Of a stretch of 64,000 nt of DNA, positions 29,996-40,120 are shown one piece after another; position 1 is the stretch's first letter; every line of letters begins with the position of its first letter. Under the pieces are notes generated by a model. It made no database searches. It was not told the DNA's origin and saw only the letters and a list, made by a program, of their open reading frames with translations. This DNA is from Eubacteriales bacterium (lineage in GTDB: Bacteria > Bacillota > Clostridia > Oscillospirales > UMGS1783). The position numbers and the translations under genes are program-made. Location: NCBI GenBank assembly GCA_045541395.1, contig JAZQIZ010000009.1, forward strand, positions 20,302-84,301, read 5' to 3'.

Positions 29996-30916
29996 ATGGC
30001 AGGAATAATTTTAAATCGTCTGGCGGTTATGTTTGTGTATTTGATTCCCGGATTTATTCTGTATAAGAAAAAAATAATTACTGATGCAGGCGCAAAGGAT
30101 ATAGGCAAGTTGCTTATATATATGATCCTTCCTGCGGCTATTATAAACTCTTATAATATTGAATATTCAAAAGAAAAGGTAATCGGCCTGCTTATTTCTT
30201 TTACCGTGGCTTTGGTGGCTGTAGTTATTTCGGTTGTTTTGTCAAGGTTGTTGTTTAAGAAAGATAAGCCTATTGAAATATTCGGCGCATCTTTCTCTAA
30301 TGCAGGCTTTATGGGTATTCCTCTTGTAGCAGCCGTTGTTGGGGCGGATGCGGTATATTACTGCGCGGCTTTTGTTGCTATTCTCAATATACTGCAATGG
30401 TCCTATGGTGTGTTTTTAATGACCGGTAATAAGACAAATATTTCTCCCAAAAAAATCATTTTTAATCCTATTTTGCTAAGCTTTGTTATCGGTATATGCC
30501 TGTTCTTTTTCCCGGTTAAGTTGCCCGAATTTTTCGGCGGCATACTAAGTACCGTAGCTTCAATGAACGCCCCTGTTGCAATGCTCGGTGTGGGAATCTA
30601 TCTTGCTCAGGTTTCTTTCAAAGAGCTGTTTTATGAGAAAATAAGCTATAAGGTTTCTCTTATAAGACTTCTTGTTATTCCGCTTATTACCGCTATAGTG
30701 ATAGCTTTGCTTCCTATGGGGGATTATACATTAAAGCAAACCCTTGTCATTGTAGCTTCGGCGCCTATCGGCTCGAATGTTGCGGTTTATGCTCAAATCT
30801 ATGGGTGTGACTATAAACAAGCAGTAAAGGAAGTAGTATTAAGCACTTTGCTTTGTATAGCTTCAATGCCTCTCATTATCGGAATCTCCGATTATATTCT
30901 TCAAAATATTCGGTAA
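29996..30916 (+). CDS. AEC family (auxin efflux carrier-like) transporter
   Basis: FSNAGFMGIP and NP motifs, about 10 TM helices; AAGGAG RBS before ATG 29996. Confidence 0.85.
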   Translation: MAGIILNRLAVMFVYLIPGFILYKKKIITDAGAKDIGKLLIYMILPAAIINSYNIEYSKEKVIGLLISFTVALVAVVISVVLSRLLFKKDKPIEIFGASFSNAGFMGIPLVAAVVGADAVYYCAAFVAILNILQWSYGVFLMTGNKTNISPKKIIFNPILLSFVIGICLFFFPVKLPEFFGGILSTVASMNAPVAMLGVGIYLAQVSFKELFYEKISYKVSLIRLLVIPLITAIVIALLPMGDYTLKQTLVIVASAPIGSNVAVYAQIYGCDYKQAVKEVVLSTLLCIASMPLIIGISDYILQNIR

Positions 30917-31739
30917 TTACTATTTTACAGCATCTTGCAGCTTTCGTAAGGTGCTTCTTGTTGTTAAGCTGCAGTTGAACGTACCGTTTCATGGGCATAT
31001 CCGAAACGATTCTGAATTCAAGCCCGTCATCAATAAATGGTTTCCAGGTGATTTCGGGTATAAATGCAATTCCTAAATTCATTTTTACAAGATCCCTAAG
31101 CATAGCAGGAGAGTCTACCGTCATAACCGTATTAATGGGAAAACTATGTGTTTTGCATAGTTCTTTTGTTATCCTGTGCAAATTGTGTGACGGACCAAGC
31201 TCAATAAATCCGTATTTGAAAAGATCCTTTGCAAATATCCGTTCCTTTTCTCTTAAAGGATGATTCTTGGGTAAAACCACACCTATCCGTTCTTCGGAAA
31301 GTAAAATAGAGTGGGGTTGAGGTGTGTAATCGGAATAAATCTTCAGGTCCCAATCGTCACATATGTCCTGAAAAATACGCGGCATGATTTTCGGGTAACT
31401 CTCTCTTATGTTATGAATAATATCAGGAATAAGAAGTGAGGCAGAATCCACGGCAATATTAATATTGGAAACAAGAGAGCCTTTGTATTCGTCAATTTCA
31501 GTACGGGCATTATCAATATCCTGAAGTATTCTTTCGCAATATCTTAATAGTATTCTTCCGGCATCGTTAAGAATGATCTTCTTTCCGATGCGATCAAACA
31601 GGGGAGTTCCAAGCTCCTCTTCCAGTCTTTTAAGCATCTGGCTTAAAGAAGGTTGAGCAACAAATAAAAGCTGTGAAGCTTTGGTTATGTTCTCCGTCTG
31701 TGCAAGAACTTTAAAATATTTTAACTGCAGTAATTCCAT
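30876..31739 (-). CDS. LysR family transcriptional regulator
   Basis: MELLQLKYF...NITKAS..LFVAQPSLSQMLKRLEEELG.PLFDR. Confidence 0.92.
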   Translation of the reverse strand: MELLQLKYFKVLAQTENITKASQLLFVAQPSLSQMLKRLEEELGTPLFDRIGKKIILNDAGRILLRYCERILQDIDNARTEIDEYKGSLVSNINIAVDSASLLIPDIIHNIRESYPKIMPRIFQDICDDWDLKIYSDYTPQPHSILLSEERIGVVLPKNHPLREKERIFAKDLFKYGFIELGPSHNLHRITKELCKTHSFPINTVMTVDSPAMLRDLVKMNLGIAFIPEITWKPFIDDGLEFRIVSDMPMKRYVQLQLNNKKHLTKAARCCKIVITEYFEEYNRRFR

Positions 31740-31829
31740 ATATAACTCCAATACTATAGATATGTACAATAATTATAGTTCAAAAACTATAAAAAGTCAA
31801 TAATGATATGGAAAACCGGCCGGTTTTTA

Positions 31830-31858
31830 TTGACATCCCCGTAAATTATTAATATAAT
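31830..31858 (+). promoter_or_regulatory. SigA promoter (perfect consensus)
   Basis: TTGACA-17 nt-TATAAT. Confidence 0.75.
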
Positions 31859-31894
31859 TTATAATAATGAATTAATTTTTTTCAGGAGGATATT

Positions 31895-32377
31895 ATGAAA
31901 AACGATCTTTTAAAGCTTTTAGCACGTAATGCCCGTTATTCATTGGAGGATCTGGCAGCAATGCTCGGTACCGATGAAAAAACCGTAGAGACTAAAATCA
32001 AGGCACTTGAAAAGGAAGGTCTTATTTGCGGCTACAAGGCGGTTGTAGACTGGGAAAAGCTTGACGATGCTTTTGTTTCCGCCATTATAGAAATTAAAGT
32101 GGTTCCCAAGGCAGGCTTAGGCTTTGAAGAGGTTGCTGAAAAAATTATGTCCTACCGCGAAGTTGAGTCTGTATACCTTATGTCGGGCGGGTATGACCTT
32201 AACGTAGTAGTAAAGGGGAGGACCTTACAGGACGTTGCCCGTTTCGTATCAAAAGAGCTTGCTCTTATAGATTCCGTTACTTCTACTGCAACTCACTTTG
32301 TGCTTCGCAGATACAAGGAAATGGATGTTAAGCTTTATAACGGTAACGATGATGACAGGGGGCACGTTCTTATATGA
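31895..32377 (+). CDS. Lrp/AsnC family regulator (YugG/AlaR-like)
   Basis: N-terminal HTH, VYLMSGGYDL and TATHFVL; coupled to an aminotransferase. Confidence 0.9.
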   Translation: MKNDLLKLLARNARYSLEDLAAMLGTDEKTVETKIKALEKEGLICGYKAVVDWEKLDDAFVSAIIEIKVVPKAGLGFEEVAEKIMSYREVESVYLMSGGYDLNVVVKGRTLQDVARFVSKELALIDSVTSTATHFVLRRYKEMDVKLYNGNDDDRGHVLI

Positions 32378-33540
32378 TGGATTATTCAAAGCTTGTTAAT
32401 TCTACAGTATCAAATATGAAACCTTCGGGTATCCGAAAGTTTTTCGATATTGCTGCTACAATGGATGACGTTATTTCATTGGGCGTAGGCGAGCCTGACT
32501 TTCCAACCCCATGGCAGGTAAGAAAAGCAGGTATTTCATCCCTTGAAAGAGGTAGAACCAAATATACCTCCAACTGGGGTCTTGCTCAGCTTCGCGAAGA
32601 AATTGCAAACTGGCTTGAGCGTAAATATAATGTAAAGTACCGCCCGGAAACCGAAGTACTTGTATCGGTTGGCGGCAGTGAGGCTATAGACCTTGCTATA
32701 CGCGCGTTTATCGAGCCCGGTGACGAGGTTATTATTCCTCAGCCCAGCTATGTGTGCTATGATCCCATAACTCAGCTTGCGGGCGGCGTTCCCGTTATTG
32801 TTGAAACAAAAGCAGAGGATGATTTTAAACTTACACCCAAACAGTTAAGAGCCGCTATAACTCCCAAAACCAAGGCGCTTATTCTTCCGTACCCCTGTAA
32901 CCCTACTGGTGCAATTATGGAAAGGGAGGATATTGAAAAGCTTGTTGAGGTTCTGAAGGATACCAATATAATCGTTATTTCCGATGAAATATATTCCGAG
33001 CTTACCTTCGGTGTGCCTCATACCTGCGCCGCTTCTGTAGAAGGTATGTATGAACGTACGATCGTTGTAAACGGATTTTCCAAGGCCTTCTCTATGACCG
33101 GCTGGCGGTTAGGCTATGCCTGCGGCCCTAAGGAACTTATTGCTCCTATGATAAAAATACATCAGTATGCAATTATGTGTGCTCCTACCACCTCCCAGTA
33201 TGCCGCTATTGAAGCGCTGCGTACCTGCGATGAGGACGTTGAATATATGGTCAAGGAATATGATCGCCGTAGAAGGCTTATAGTTTCTTCTTATAATAAA
33301 ATGGGTCTTACTTGCCGTGAGCCTAAGGGCGCATTTTATGCTTTTCCTTGCATTTCATCAACAGGGCTTACAAGCGAGGAATTTTGTGAAAAACTCCTGG
33401 ACTCAAAGCATGTTGCCGTAGTACCGGGCACTGCATTCGGTGACAGCGGCGAAGGCTTCGTTCGCTCCTCGTATTGCTATTCTCCCGAGCATATTATAGA
33501 AGCAATGCGCAGAATAAAAGAATTTCTTGAGGAACTTTAA
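32374..33540 (+). CDS. PLP-dependent aminotransferase class I/II (YugH/AlaT-like)
   Basis: GVGEPDF, NPTG, DEIY, SKAFSMTGWRLG and PGTAFG motifs. Confidence 0.92.
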   Translation: MMDYSKLVNSTVSNMKPSGIRKFFDIAATMDDVISLGVGEPDFPTPWQVRKAGISSLERGRTKYTSNWGLAQLREEIANWLERKYNVKYRPETEVLVSVGGSEAIDLAIRAFIEPGDEVIIPQPSYVCYDPITQLAGGVPVIVETKAEDDFKLTPKQLRAAITPKTKALILPYPCNPTGAIMEREDIEKLVEVLKDTNIIVISDEIYSELTFGVPHTCAASVEGMYERTIVVNGFSKAFSMTGWRLGYACGPKELIAPMIKIHQYAIMCAPTTSQYAAIEALRTCDEDVEYMVKEYDRRRRLIVSSYNKMGLTCREPKGAFYAFPCISSTGLTSEEFCEKLLDSKHVAVVPGTAFGDSGEGFVRSSYCYSPEHIIEAMRRIKEFLEEL

Positions 33541-33544
33541 TTTT

Positions 33545-33569
33545 AAGGCCGATTTTATCGGCCTTTTTT
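33545..33569 (+). terminator. Intrinsic terminator
   Basis: aaggccgat-ttt-atcggcctttttt. Confidence 0.8.
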
Positions 33570-33570
33570 A

Positions 33571-33599
33571 TTGATAAATTGTAAAATAGTTGGTATAAT
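33571..33599 (+). promoter_or_regulatory. SigA-type promoter
   Basis: TTGATA-17 nt-TATAAT with an extended TG. Confidence 0.6.
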
Positions 33600-33631
33600 C
33601 TTTTTAAGAACTTTATAAAAGGAGTTTTATT

Positions 33632-35047
33632 ATGTTTGAAAAAATATGGGAATGGATAAATAATGCTATCGGATTGGCAAACAATGCCCTCTATAGCTAT
33701 ATCCTTATAATCATTCTTGTTTTGGGCGGCCTTTGGTTTACTGTAAGAACCAAGTTCGTTCAATTCAGACTGCTCAAGGATCAGATAAAGTCTGTAACCG
33801 AAAAAAGTGAAAAAGGCAAGGTTTCTTCTTTTCAGGCCCTTATGGTATCAACCGCCTCTCGTGTAGGTACAGGCAATATCGTAGGTGTTTCCACTGCCCT
33901 TTGTTTGGGCGGTTTTGGTTCTGTATTCTGGATGTGGGTTATTGCAATTATCGGCGGCGCATCTGCCTTTGTTGAAAGTACCCTTTCTCAGATATATAAA
34001 AAAAGAACCCCTCATGGCAGTATAGGCGGTCCTGCTTATTATATTGAAGCAGGAATAAAAAGCAAGGTGCTTGCTGTAGTTTTCTCAATATTGCTTATTC
34101 TTACTTACGGCGTAGGCTTTAATATGCTTGCTTCTTACAATCTACAGTCAACCTTCGCTGAATACGGCTTTTATAATCAGGCATATACTCCCTGGATCAT
34201 TGGCGGTATAGTTGCTTTGGCTGTTGGTTATTGCTTATTCGGCGGCGGAAAGCGCGTGTTAAAAATAACAGGCATTCTTGTCCCAATAATGGGAGTTGCC
34301 TATATTCTTCTTGCGTTAGTTATTGTTCTTCTTAACGTAAAGGCGCTTCCCGGATTATTTGCAAGAATTTTTACCGAAGCCTTTGATTTTAAGGCAATAT
34401 TCGGCGGTTTTGCAGGTTCCTGTGTTATGCTTGGTGTTAAGCGTGGCCTGTTCAGTAACGAAGCCGGTGTAGGCTCTGCTCCCAATGCTTCAGCTTCTGC
34501 CGAAGTAAGCCATCCTGTAAAGCAAGGTCTCGTTCAGGTTTTATCTGTGTTTATTGATACGATTCTTGTATGCTCGGCAACTGCATTTATGTGCATGAGC
34601 TCCGGTGTAGAACCTTCCGAAGCAATGGCAGGAGCACCTTATGTTCAGTCCTCCTTGAGCGCTGTTCTCGGTCAGTTCGGTCCTATATTTATTACCGTGG
34701 CCATGATACTCTTTGCCTTTACGACCCTCGTAGGCAATTTGTATTACGTTGATAAATGTATAGTTTATATTAAAGGCAAAAATCCGGGCAAAACATTCTG
34801 GTATGTTTATTATATAATCGCGTCCCTTATAATTTTCTTAGGGGCAGGTCTCAGTGCAGATTTCCTTTGGAACGTGGCAGACGTAACTATGGGGCTTATG
34901 ACCTTAATCAATATTCCCGTTATATTTATTCTGGGCAAATATGCTTACAGGGCTCTCGACGATTACTGTAAACAGAAAAAAGAAGGAAAGGACCCTGTAT
35001 TTAAAGCAGAAAGCATAGGCCTTAACAATACTGACTACTGGAGATAA
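33632..35047 (+). CDS. Alanine/glycine:cation symporter (AGCS family)
   Basis: SSFQAL..ASRVGTGNI, GGPAYY and RGLFSNEAGVGSAP motifs. Confidence 0.92.
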   Translation: MFEKIWEWINNAIGLANNALYSYILIIILVLGGLWFTVRTKFVQFRLLKDQIKSVTEKSEKGKVSSFQALMVSTASRVGTGNIVGVSTALCLGGFGSVFWMWVIAIIGGASAFVESTLSQIYKKRTPHGSIGGPAYYIEAGIKSKVLAVVFSILLILTYGVGFNMLASYNLQSTFAEYGFYNQAYTPWIIGGIVALAVGYCLFGGGKRVLKITGILVPIMGVAYILLALVIVLLNVKALPGLFARIFTEAFDFKAIFGGFAGSCVMLGVKRGLFSNEAGVGSAPNASASAEVSHPVKQGLVQVLSVFIDTILVCSATAFMCMSSGVEPSEAMAGAPYVQSSLSAVLGQFGPIFITVAMILFAFTTLVGNLYYVDKCIVYIKGKNPGKTFWYVYYIIASLIIFLGAGLSADFLWNVADVTMGLMTLINIPVIFILGKYAYRALDDYCKQKKEGKDPVFKAESIGLNNTDYWR

Positions 35048-35154
35048 AATTTAAGAATATAAAAGAAAGCATTTTTCTGAGCATTCTTGTTTCAGACGGT
35101 ATTGATACGGTTTATGTGCTTCCTTTTGAACAGTATTAGGTTGAAAACAATCAA

Positions 35155-35183
35155 TTGACTTTATTAACAAACTGTGATAGAAT
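35155..35183 (+). promoter_or_regulatory. SigA-type promoter
   Basis: TTGACT-17 nt-TAGAAT. Confidence 0.55.
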
Positions 35184-35240
35184 TAAAACAAATTTATGAA
35201 CATGCGGGCCACCGTTGTGTTTAGTTTAGGAGAAATTATT

Positions 35241-36596
35241 ATGGAACAAAAAAGAAGTAATTTTACCGGCAAAATAGGTTTTGTCCTTGCAGCAGCCGGT
35301 TCCGCTGTTGGTTTGGGTAATATTTGGCGTTTCCCATACCTTGCTGCAAAGTATGGCGGCGGTATTTTCCTGCTCGTCTACATAGTTTTAGCTGTTACAT
35401 TCGGCTTTGCCCTTATGTGCGGTGAAATCGCATTAGGTAGAAAAACAGGCAAGAGTGCAATTGCTGCATTTTCCACTATCAGCAAAAAGCATACTTTTAT
35501 AGGCGTTCTTGCTTCAATAGTACCTGCCATTATCCTGCCCTACTATTCCGTTATCGGCGGTTGGGTTACTAAATATTTGGCAGCTTATGTTACCGGTCAG
35601 GGCTCTTTAGCAGCTTCCGATACTTATTTTACAGATTTCATTACTGCTGTAGGTGAACCTATCGTTTGGTTTGCCGTATTCATTGGTTTAACCGCTATAG
35701 TAGTTCTGTTTGGCGTTGAAAAGGGTATTGAAAAGGTAAGTAAGGTTATGATGCCCGTTCTGGTTGTTTTAACCTTAGGTATCGCTATTTACTCATGTAC
35801 CCGCCCCGGCGCTTGGGAAGGCGTTCTTTATTACATTACTCCCGATTTTTCTAAGTTCTCTGCAACTACCGTACTTGCTGCTATGGGTCAGCTGTTCTAT
35901 TCTATGTCCTTGGCAATGGGCATTATGATCACATACGGCTCCTATATGAAGAAGGACGTTAGCCTTGATTCGTCTGCAAGACAGATTTCTATTTTTGATA
36001 CCGGTATTGCTTTCTTAGCAGGTCTTATGATCATCCCTGCAGTATTCGTATTCTCCGGTGGTGATGAAGCTGCTCTTGGCAAGGGTCCCTCTCTTATGTT
36101 CGTAACTCTGCCTAAGGTATTTGAAAGCATGCCCGGCGGCGATATTGTAGGCGCTCTGTTCTTCTTACTGGTACTCTTTGCTGCTCTTACTTCCTCTATC
36201 TCCCTTATGGAAACCGTTGTTTCCGTATTAAGAGATAAGTTTGGCTGGAAGCGTAGATTTACCTGTATCGTAGTCCTCATATTCTGCATTCTGTTAGGTC
36301 TTCCTTCCTCCTTAGGCTTCGGCGTTTGGAGCGGCGTTTCTGTTTTAGGTATGACCTTCCTTGATATGTTTGACTTTTTAAGCAACAGCGTTCTTATGCC
36401 TATAGTTGCATTACTTACTTGCTGGTATATCGGTTATGTTCTTAAGCCTAAGACTCTTATTGAAGAGATCCAGCTTTCCTCTAAGTTTAAGGCAAGAAAG
36501 ATGTTTGAGATAATCATTAAGTATATTGCTCCTATCTGCATCATCCTTATTCTTATCTCATCTGTACTTGACGTTCTTGGTATTGCTAAAATATAA
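35241..36596 (+). CDS. Sodium-dependent transporter, NSS/SNF family
   Basis: GSAVGLGNIWRFPY, GGG.FL and GQLFYSMS motifs; AGGAG RBS. Confidence 0.92.
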   Translation: MEQKRSNFTGKIGFVLAAAGSAVGLGNIWRFPYLAAKYGGGIFLLVYIVLAVTFGFALMCGEIALGRKTGKSAIAAFSTISKKHTFIGVLASIVPAIILPYYSVIGGWVTKYLAAYVTGQGSLAASDTYFTDFITAVGEPIVWFAVFIGLTAIVVLFGVEKGIEKVSKVMMPVLVVLTLGIAIYSCTRPGAWEGVLYYITPDFSKFSATTVLAAMGQLFYSMSLAMGIMITYGSYMKKDVSLDSSARQISIFDTGIAFLAGLMIIPAVFVFSGGDEAALGKGPSLMFVTLPKVFESMPGGDIVGALFFLLVLFAALTSSISLMETVVSVLRDKFGWKRRFTCIVVLIFCILLGLPSSLGFGVWSGVSVLGMTFLDMFDFLSNSVLMPIVALLTCWYIGYVLKPKTLIEEIQLSSKFKARKMFEIIIKYIAPICIILILISSVLDVLGIAKI

Positions 36597-36606
36597 TCAG
36601 TTTATT

Positions 36607-36635
36607 AAAAAGGCTTCGTATGAAGCCTTTTTTTT
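36607..36635 (+). terminator. Intrinsic terminator
   Basis: aaaaaggcttc-gtat-gaagcctttttttt. Confidence 0.8.
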
Positions 36636-36717
36636 ATGAAAAATTACAATTATGTATTTTAAATTTACCGCATATGTTGTATAATATATCTATTAATTAT
36701 AGAAACCCGGTGAATGT

Positions 36718-38061
36718 ATGAAAAAAGTAAAAGTATTTTTAGCAATATGTTTTTGCAAATGTGTTCGCTTTGCGGCAAAACTTCTGGGGAGAGGAAGCAG
36801 CCTTCCCGGCGCCCTTACCTTAAAGCTTTTTCCCGGTATTTTAGGGGATATAACCTTGCCCGATAAAGTAATTGCTGTTACCGGCTCCAACGGAAAAACC
36901 TCAACTGTTGAGATGATTGCTCACGTCCTTATTTCTTCAGGTAAAAAGGTTGCTTATAATAAAGAAGGCTCCAATCAGATCGAGGGCGTTACAACCTTCC
37001 TTCTTAATGACTGTAGTCTTTCAGGCAAGGTTAAAAGCGAAATTGTATTAATGGAATCAGATGAGCGTTTTGCCCGTCATACCTTTAAATATTTCAAGCC
37101 TAACTATTTCGTTATTACTAATCTTTACAGAGATCAGCTTACCCGCAACGGGCACCCCGAATGGGTATATAATGTAATTTCCGAAGCAGTAAGCGAAAAT
37201 ATGACTCTCGTTTTAAATGCTGATGATCCTCTTGTTTCTCTCTTTGGCCATAACAGAGAAAAGGTTTTGTACTTCGGTGCAGATAACCTGCCTTTTGATG
37301 AAAAGGAGAACTCCTCAGTATATAATGACGGCAAATATTGTCCTGTATGCAAGTCCTCTTTGAAATATGATTATTATCATTACAACCATATAGGTGCCTA
37401 CAATTGCACAAAATGCGGCTATAAAAAGCCGGAAACCAGATGGACGTTAACAAATGCCGATCTTGAAAACGGAGAGATCACCGTTAACGGTAATTATAAA
37501 ATTCAGCTTTCCTTTTCCGGTATTTATCATTGCTATAATACCCTTGCGGCCCTTGCCGTTGCAGATATAGCAGGTATTCCTCTTGAAAATGCCGCAGAGG
37601 TCTTAAGTAATTATAATCTTCATTCAGGCAGAATTCTTGATTTTAACTTGGGCACAAAGCAGGGAAGATTACTTACATCCAAACACGAAAATTCTGTTTC
37701 CTACGATCAGTCAATAAAAGTAGCCTGTGCCCATAAAGGTGAATGCTCTGTCCTCGTAATTGTAGATGCCGTTAGCCGTAAATACTTTACAAGTGAAACG
37801 TCATGGCTGTGGGATATAGATTTTGAACTTCTTAATAACAGTAATATAAAACAGGTGGTACTGGCAGGTCGATATTGCAACGATCTTGCTTCCCGTTTTT
37901 CTTTTACTGATATCCCTCAGGATAAAATAAAAGTATTTGAATCAATAAATTCTGCTGCAGAGCATCTTAAGAGTACCGAAACAGGATATATTTACGTTAT
38001 AACCTGTTTTTCTGATAAAGGCAAATTTATGTCACTTGCAAATAAGGAGGCTAAGGTATGA
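36718..38061 (+). CDS. murT: Lipid II isoglutaminyl synthase subunit MurT
   Basis: GSSLPG, VTGSNGKT, TNLYRDQL.R, CPVC..CTKC and SWLWDIDFE motifs. Confidence 0.88.
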   Translation: MKKVKVFLAICFCKCVRFAAKLLGRGSSLPGALTLKLFPGILGDITLPDKVIAVTGSNGKTSTVEMIAHVLISSGKKVAYNKEGSNQIEGVTTFLLNDCSLSGKVKSEIVLMESDERFARHTFKYFKPNYFVITNLYRDQLTRNGHPEWVYNVISEAVSENMTLVLNADDPLVSLFGHNREKVLYFGADNLPFDEKENSSVYNDGKYCPVCKSSLKYDYYHYNHIGAYNCTKCGYKKPETRWTLTNADLENGEITVNGNYKIQLSFSGIYHCYNTLAALAVADIAGIPLENAAEVLSNYNLHSGRILDFNLGTKQGRLLTSKHENSVSYDQSIKVACAHKGECSVLVIVDAVSRKYFTSETSWLWDIDFELLNNSNIKQVVLAGRYCNDLASRFSFTDIPQDKIKVFESINSAAEHLKSTETGYIYVITCFSDKGKFMSLANKEAKV

Positions 38062-38783
38062 CTGTAAAGGTTCTTCATCTTTATTATGATATTATGAATC
38101 TCTACGGGGAAAACGGCAATGTTCGCATGCTATGCCGCCGCCTTGAAGATCAGGGAATTACCGTAGAACTTCATAAAAAAACAATAACCGATAATATTTA
38201 CTTTATGTCTTATGATGTAATTTATTGCGGTGCCGGAATAGAATCCTCCCGAAATGCCTGTCTTGAACATCTTAATTCTTTGGGTAATAATTTAAAAGAT
38301 GCTTTTAATGCAGGTAAGGTTATGCTTTTTACCGGCAATTCTTTTGAGATGCTTGGTACATCCCTTTCAGATCCCGAAGGCAAGGAATTCAAGGGACAGG
38401 GCCTTTTTGATTTTAAAACTATAGAACAGCGTAAAGACAGATATACCGGAGACGTGATCCTTAACTGCAGCTTTTTAAATAAGCCTCTTGTAGGATTTAT
38501 TAATAAATGCAGCCGTCTTGAAGGTTTGAAAAACAGCCTTTTTACAGTAGAAAAGGTTATCGGCACCGTAAATGATAAGGAAGAGGGAGTTTATAAAAAC
38601 AACCTTTTCGGAACCCAGCTTACAGGTCCTATTCTGGTCAAAAACCCTCACTTTGCAGAGTATTTTGTAAAGCTTATTTTGAAAACAAAGGGTATTACTT
38701 CATATATCCCCAAGGAATACACCTATGAAGAAGCAGGTTACTCTATTACCGTAGCCGAGCTTATGGGCAGTAAAAATGTTTGA
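38058..38783 (+). CDS. gatD: GatD/CobQ-like glutamine amidotransferase subunit (catalytic residues degenerate)
   Basis: LYYDIMNLYGENGN, GF.N, EG and GPILVKNP; coupled to murT. Confidence 0.85.
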   Translation: MTVKVLHLYYDIMNLYGENGNVRMLCRRLEDQGITVELHKKTITDNIYFMSYDVIYCGAGIESSRNACLEHLNSLGNNLKDAFNAGKVMLFTGNSFEMLGTSLSDPEGKEFKGQGLFDFKTIEQRKDRYTGDVILNCSFLNKPLVGFINKCSRLEGLKNSLFTVEKVIGTVNDKEEGVYKNNLFGTQLTGPILVKNPHFAEYFVKLILKTKGITSYIPKEYTYEEAGYSITVAELMGSKNV

Positions 38784-39021
38784 ATCTGTAATTGAGATAG
38801 ATGTTCACGGCCTAAACAGCTTTCAGGCAAAAACCCTTATAGATTCTAAAATAAAAAAATCCAAAGGCGCTTACCGTATCCGCGTGATTCACGGCTATAA
38901 TAACGGTACAGCTTTAAGAGATATGATCCGCAATGAATACGGCGGTAATCACAAACATGTAAAGCGTATTGAGATCGGTTTCAATCAAGGGCAGACCGAC
39001 CTGATTTTAAAGGAGATGTAA
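38776..39021 (+). CDS. Stand-alone Smr/MutS2 domain protein
   Basis: IDVHG, VIHGY..GT and N.G.T motifs. Confidence 0.8.
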   Translation: MFESVIEIDVHGLNSFQAKTLIDSKIKKSKGAYRIRVIHGYNNGTALRDMIRNEYGGNHKHVKRIEIGFNQGQTDLILKEM

Positions 39022-39024
39022 ATA

Positions 39025-40047
39025 ATGCAAAAAGTAAATGCATTTTTTGAACGTAAGAAAATTAAAATCAGCTTTAAAAGGTACTTTATTGATGCTATGG
39101 GAGCTATGGCAATGGGTCTTTTTGCTTCATTGCTTATCGGTACAATATTTGATACTATTGCCGATCATTTGGGATTAGAGTGGCTTGCTCAGGTAGCGCA
39201 ATACTGTACGAGCGCAACGGGCGCCGCAATGGCTGTAGCCATCGGTGCGGCTCTTGAGGCTCCTGCCTTGGTGCTTTTGTCATTATGCGCCGTTGGTGTT
39301 GGGGCCAATGCTGTTGGCGGTCCTTTGGGTACCCTGTTTGCGGTTATTGTTGCTGCAGAATTCGGTAAGGCTGTTTCCAAAGAAACCAAGGTGGATATTC
39401 TTGTTACTCCCACTGTTACGATCCTAACAGGTCTTGGAATTACGGCTCTTATAGGCCCCGGTATTTCTTACATAATGACCTCTCTTGGTAATCTTATAAT
39501 GGAAGCAACCACCCTCCAACCCTTCTGGATGGGCGTTGTAATTTCCGTTTTAATGGGTATGATTCTTACTTTGCCTATTTCTTCTGCAGCTATATGCGCC
39601 TCATTGGGTCTCGTTGGGCTTGCGGGTGGTGCGGCAACAGCAGGCTGCTGCGCTCAGATGATAGGCTTTGCAATAATGAGTTTTAAGGAAAATAAATGGA
39701 GCGGTCTTGCGGCTCAGGGTATCGGCACCTCAATGCTGCAAATGGGTAATATTATGAAAAACCCCCGTATCTGGATCCCTCCAACACTTGCCGCTGCAGT
39801 AACAGGCCCCATAGCAACCTGCGTTTTTAAGCTGGAAAACAGTATTGCAGTTGCTTCAGGTATGGGTACCTGCGGTCTTGTCGGCCCAATAGGTATTATA
39901 ACAGGTGAAAGCTTTGGCTCCGGTGCTGACTGGCTTGGCCTTGTGCTTGTTTGTATAGTTTTACCGGCGATCCTTACCTGGCTTTTTGCCTTACCAATGC
40001 GTAAGCTTGGCTGGATAAAAGAAAATGATTTAAAACTTGATCTGTAA
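39025..40047 (+). CDS. PTS EIIC-like / PfoR family membrane protein
   Basis: AMAMGLFASLLIG, LPISSAA, QGIGTSMLQ and SGMGTCGLVG motifs. Confidence 0.8.
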   Translation: MQKVNAFFERKKIKISFKRYFIDAMGAMAMGLFASLLIGTIFDTIADHLGLEWLAQVAQYCTSATGAAMAVAIGAALEAPALVLLSLCAVGVGANAVGGPLGTLFAVIVAAEFGKAVSKETKVDILVTPTVTILTGLGITALIGPGISYIMTSLGNLIMEATTLQPFWMGVVISVLMGMILTLPISSAAICASLGLVGLAGGAATAGCCAQMIGFAIMSFKENKWSGLAAQGIGTSMLQMGNIMKNPRIWIPPTLAAAVTGPIATCVFKLENSIAVASGMGTCGLVGPIGIITGESFGSGADWLGLVLVCIVLPAILTWLFALPMRKLGWIKENDLKLDL

Positions 40048-40051
40048 AATT

Positions 40052-40083
40052 AAAATCGGTATCTTCGGATACCGATTTTTTTT
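40052..40083 (+). terminator. Intrinsic terminator
   Basis: aaaatcggtatc-ttcg-gataccgatttttttt. Confidence 0.85.
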
Positions 40084-40120
40084 GTTCTAAAACTAACTTT
40101 CCCGTAATAAACTTTATCAG

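Noticed and set aside
40084..40120. SigE promoter of spoIIIA
   Set aside because: Expected from biology, but the match is too weak to assign coordinates.
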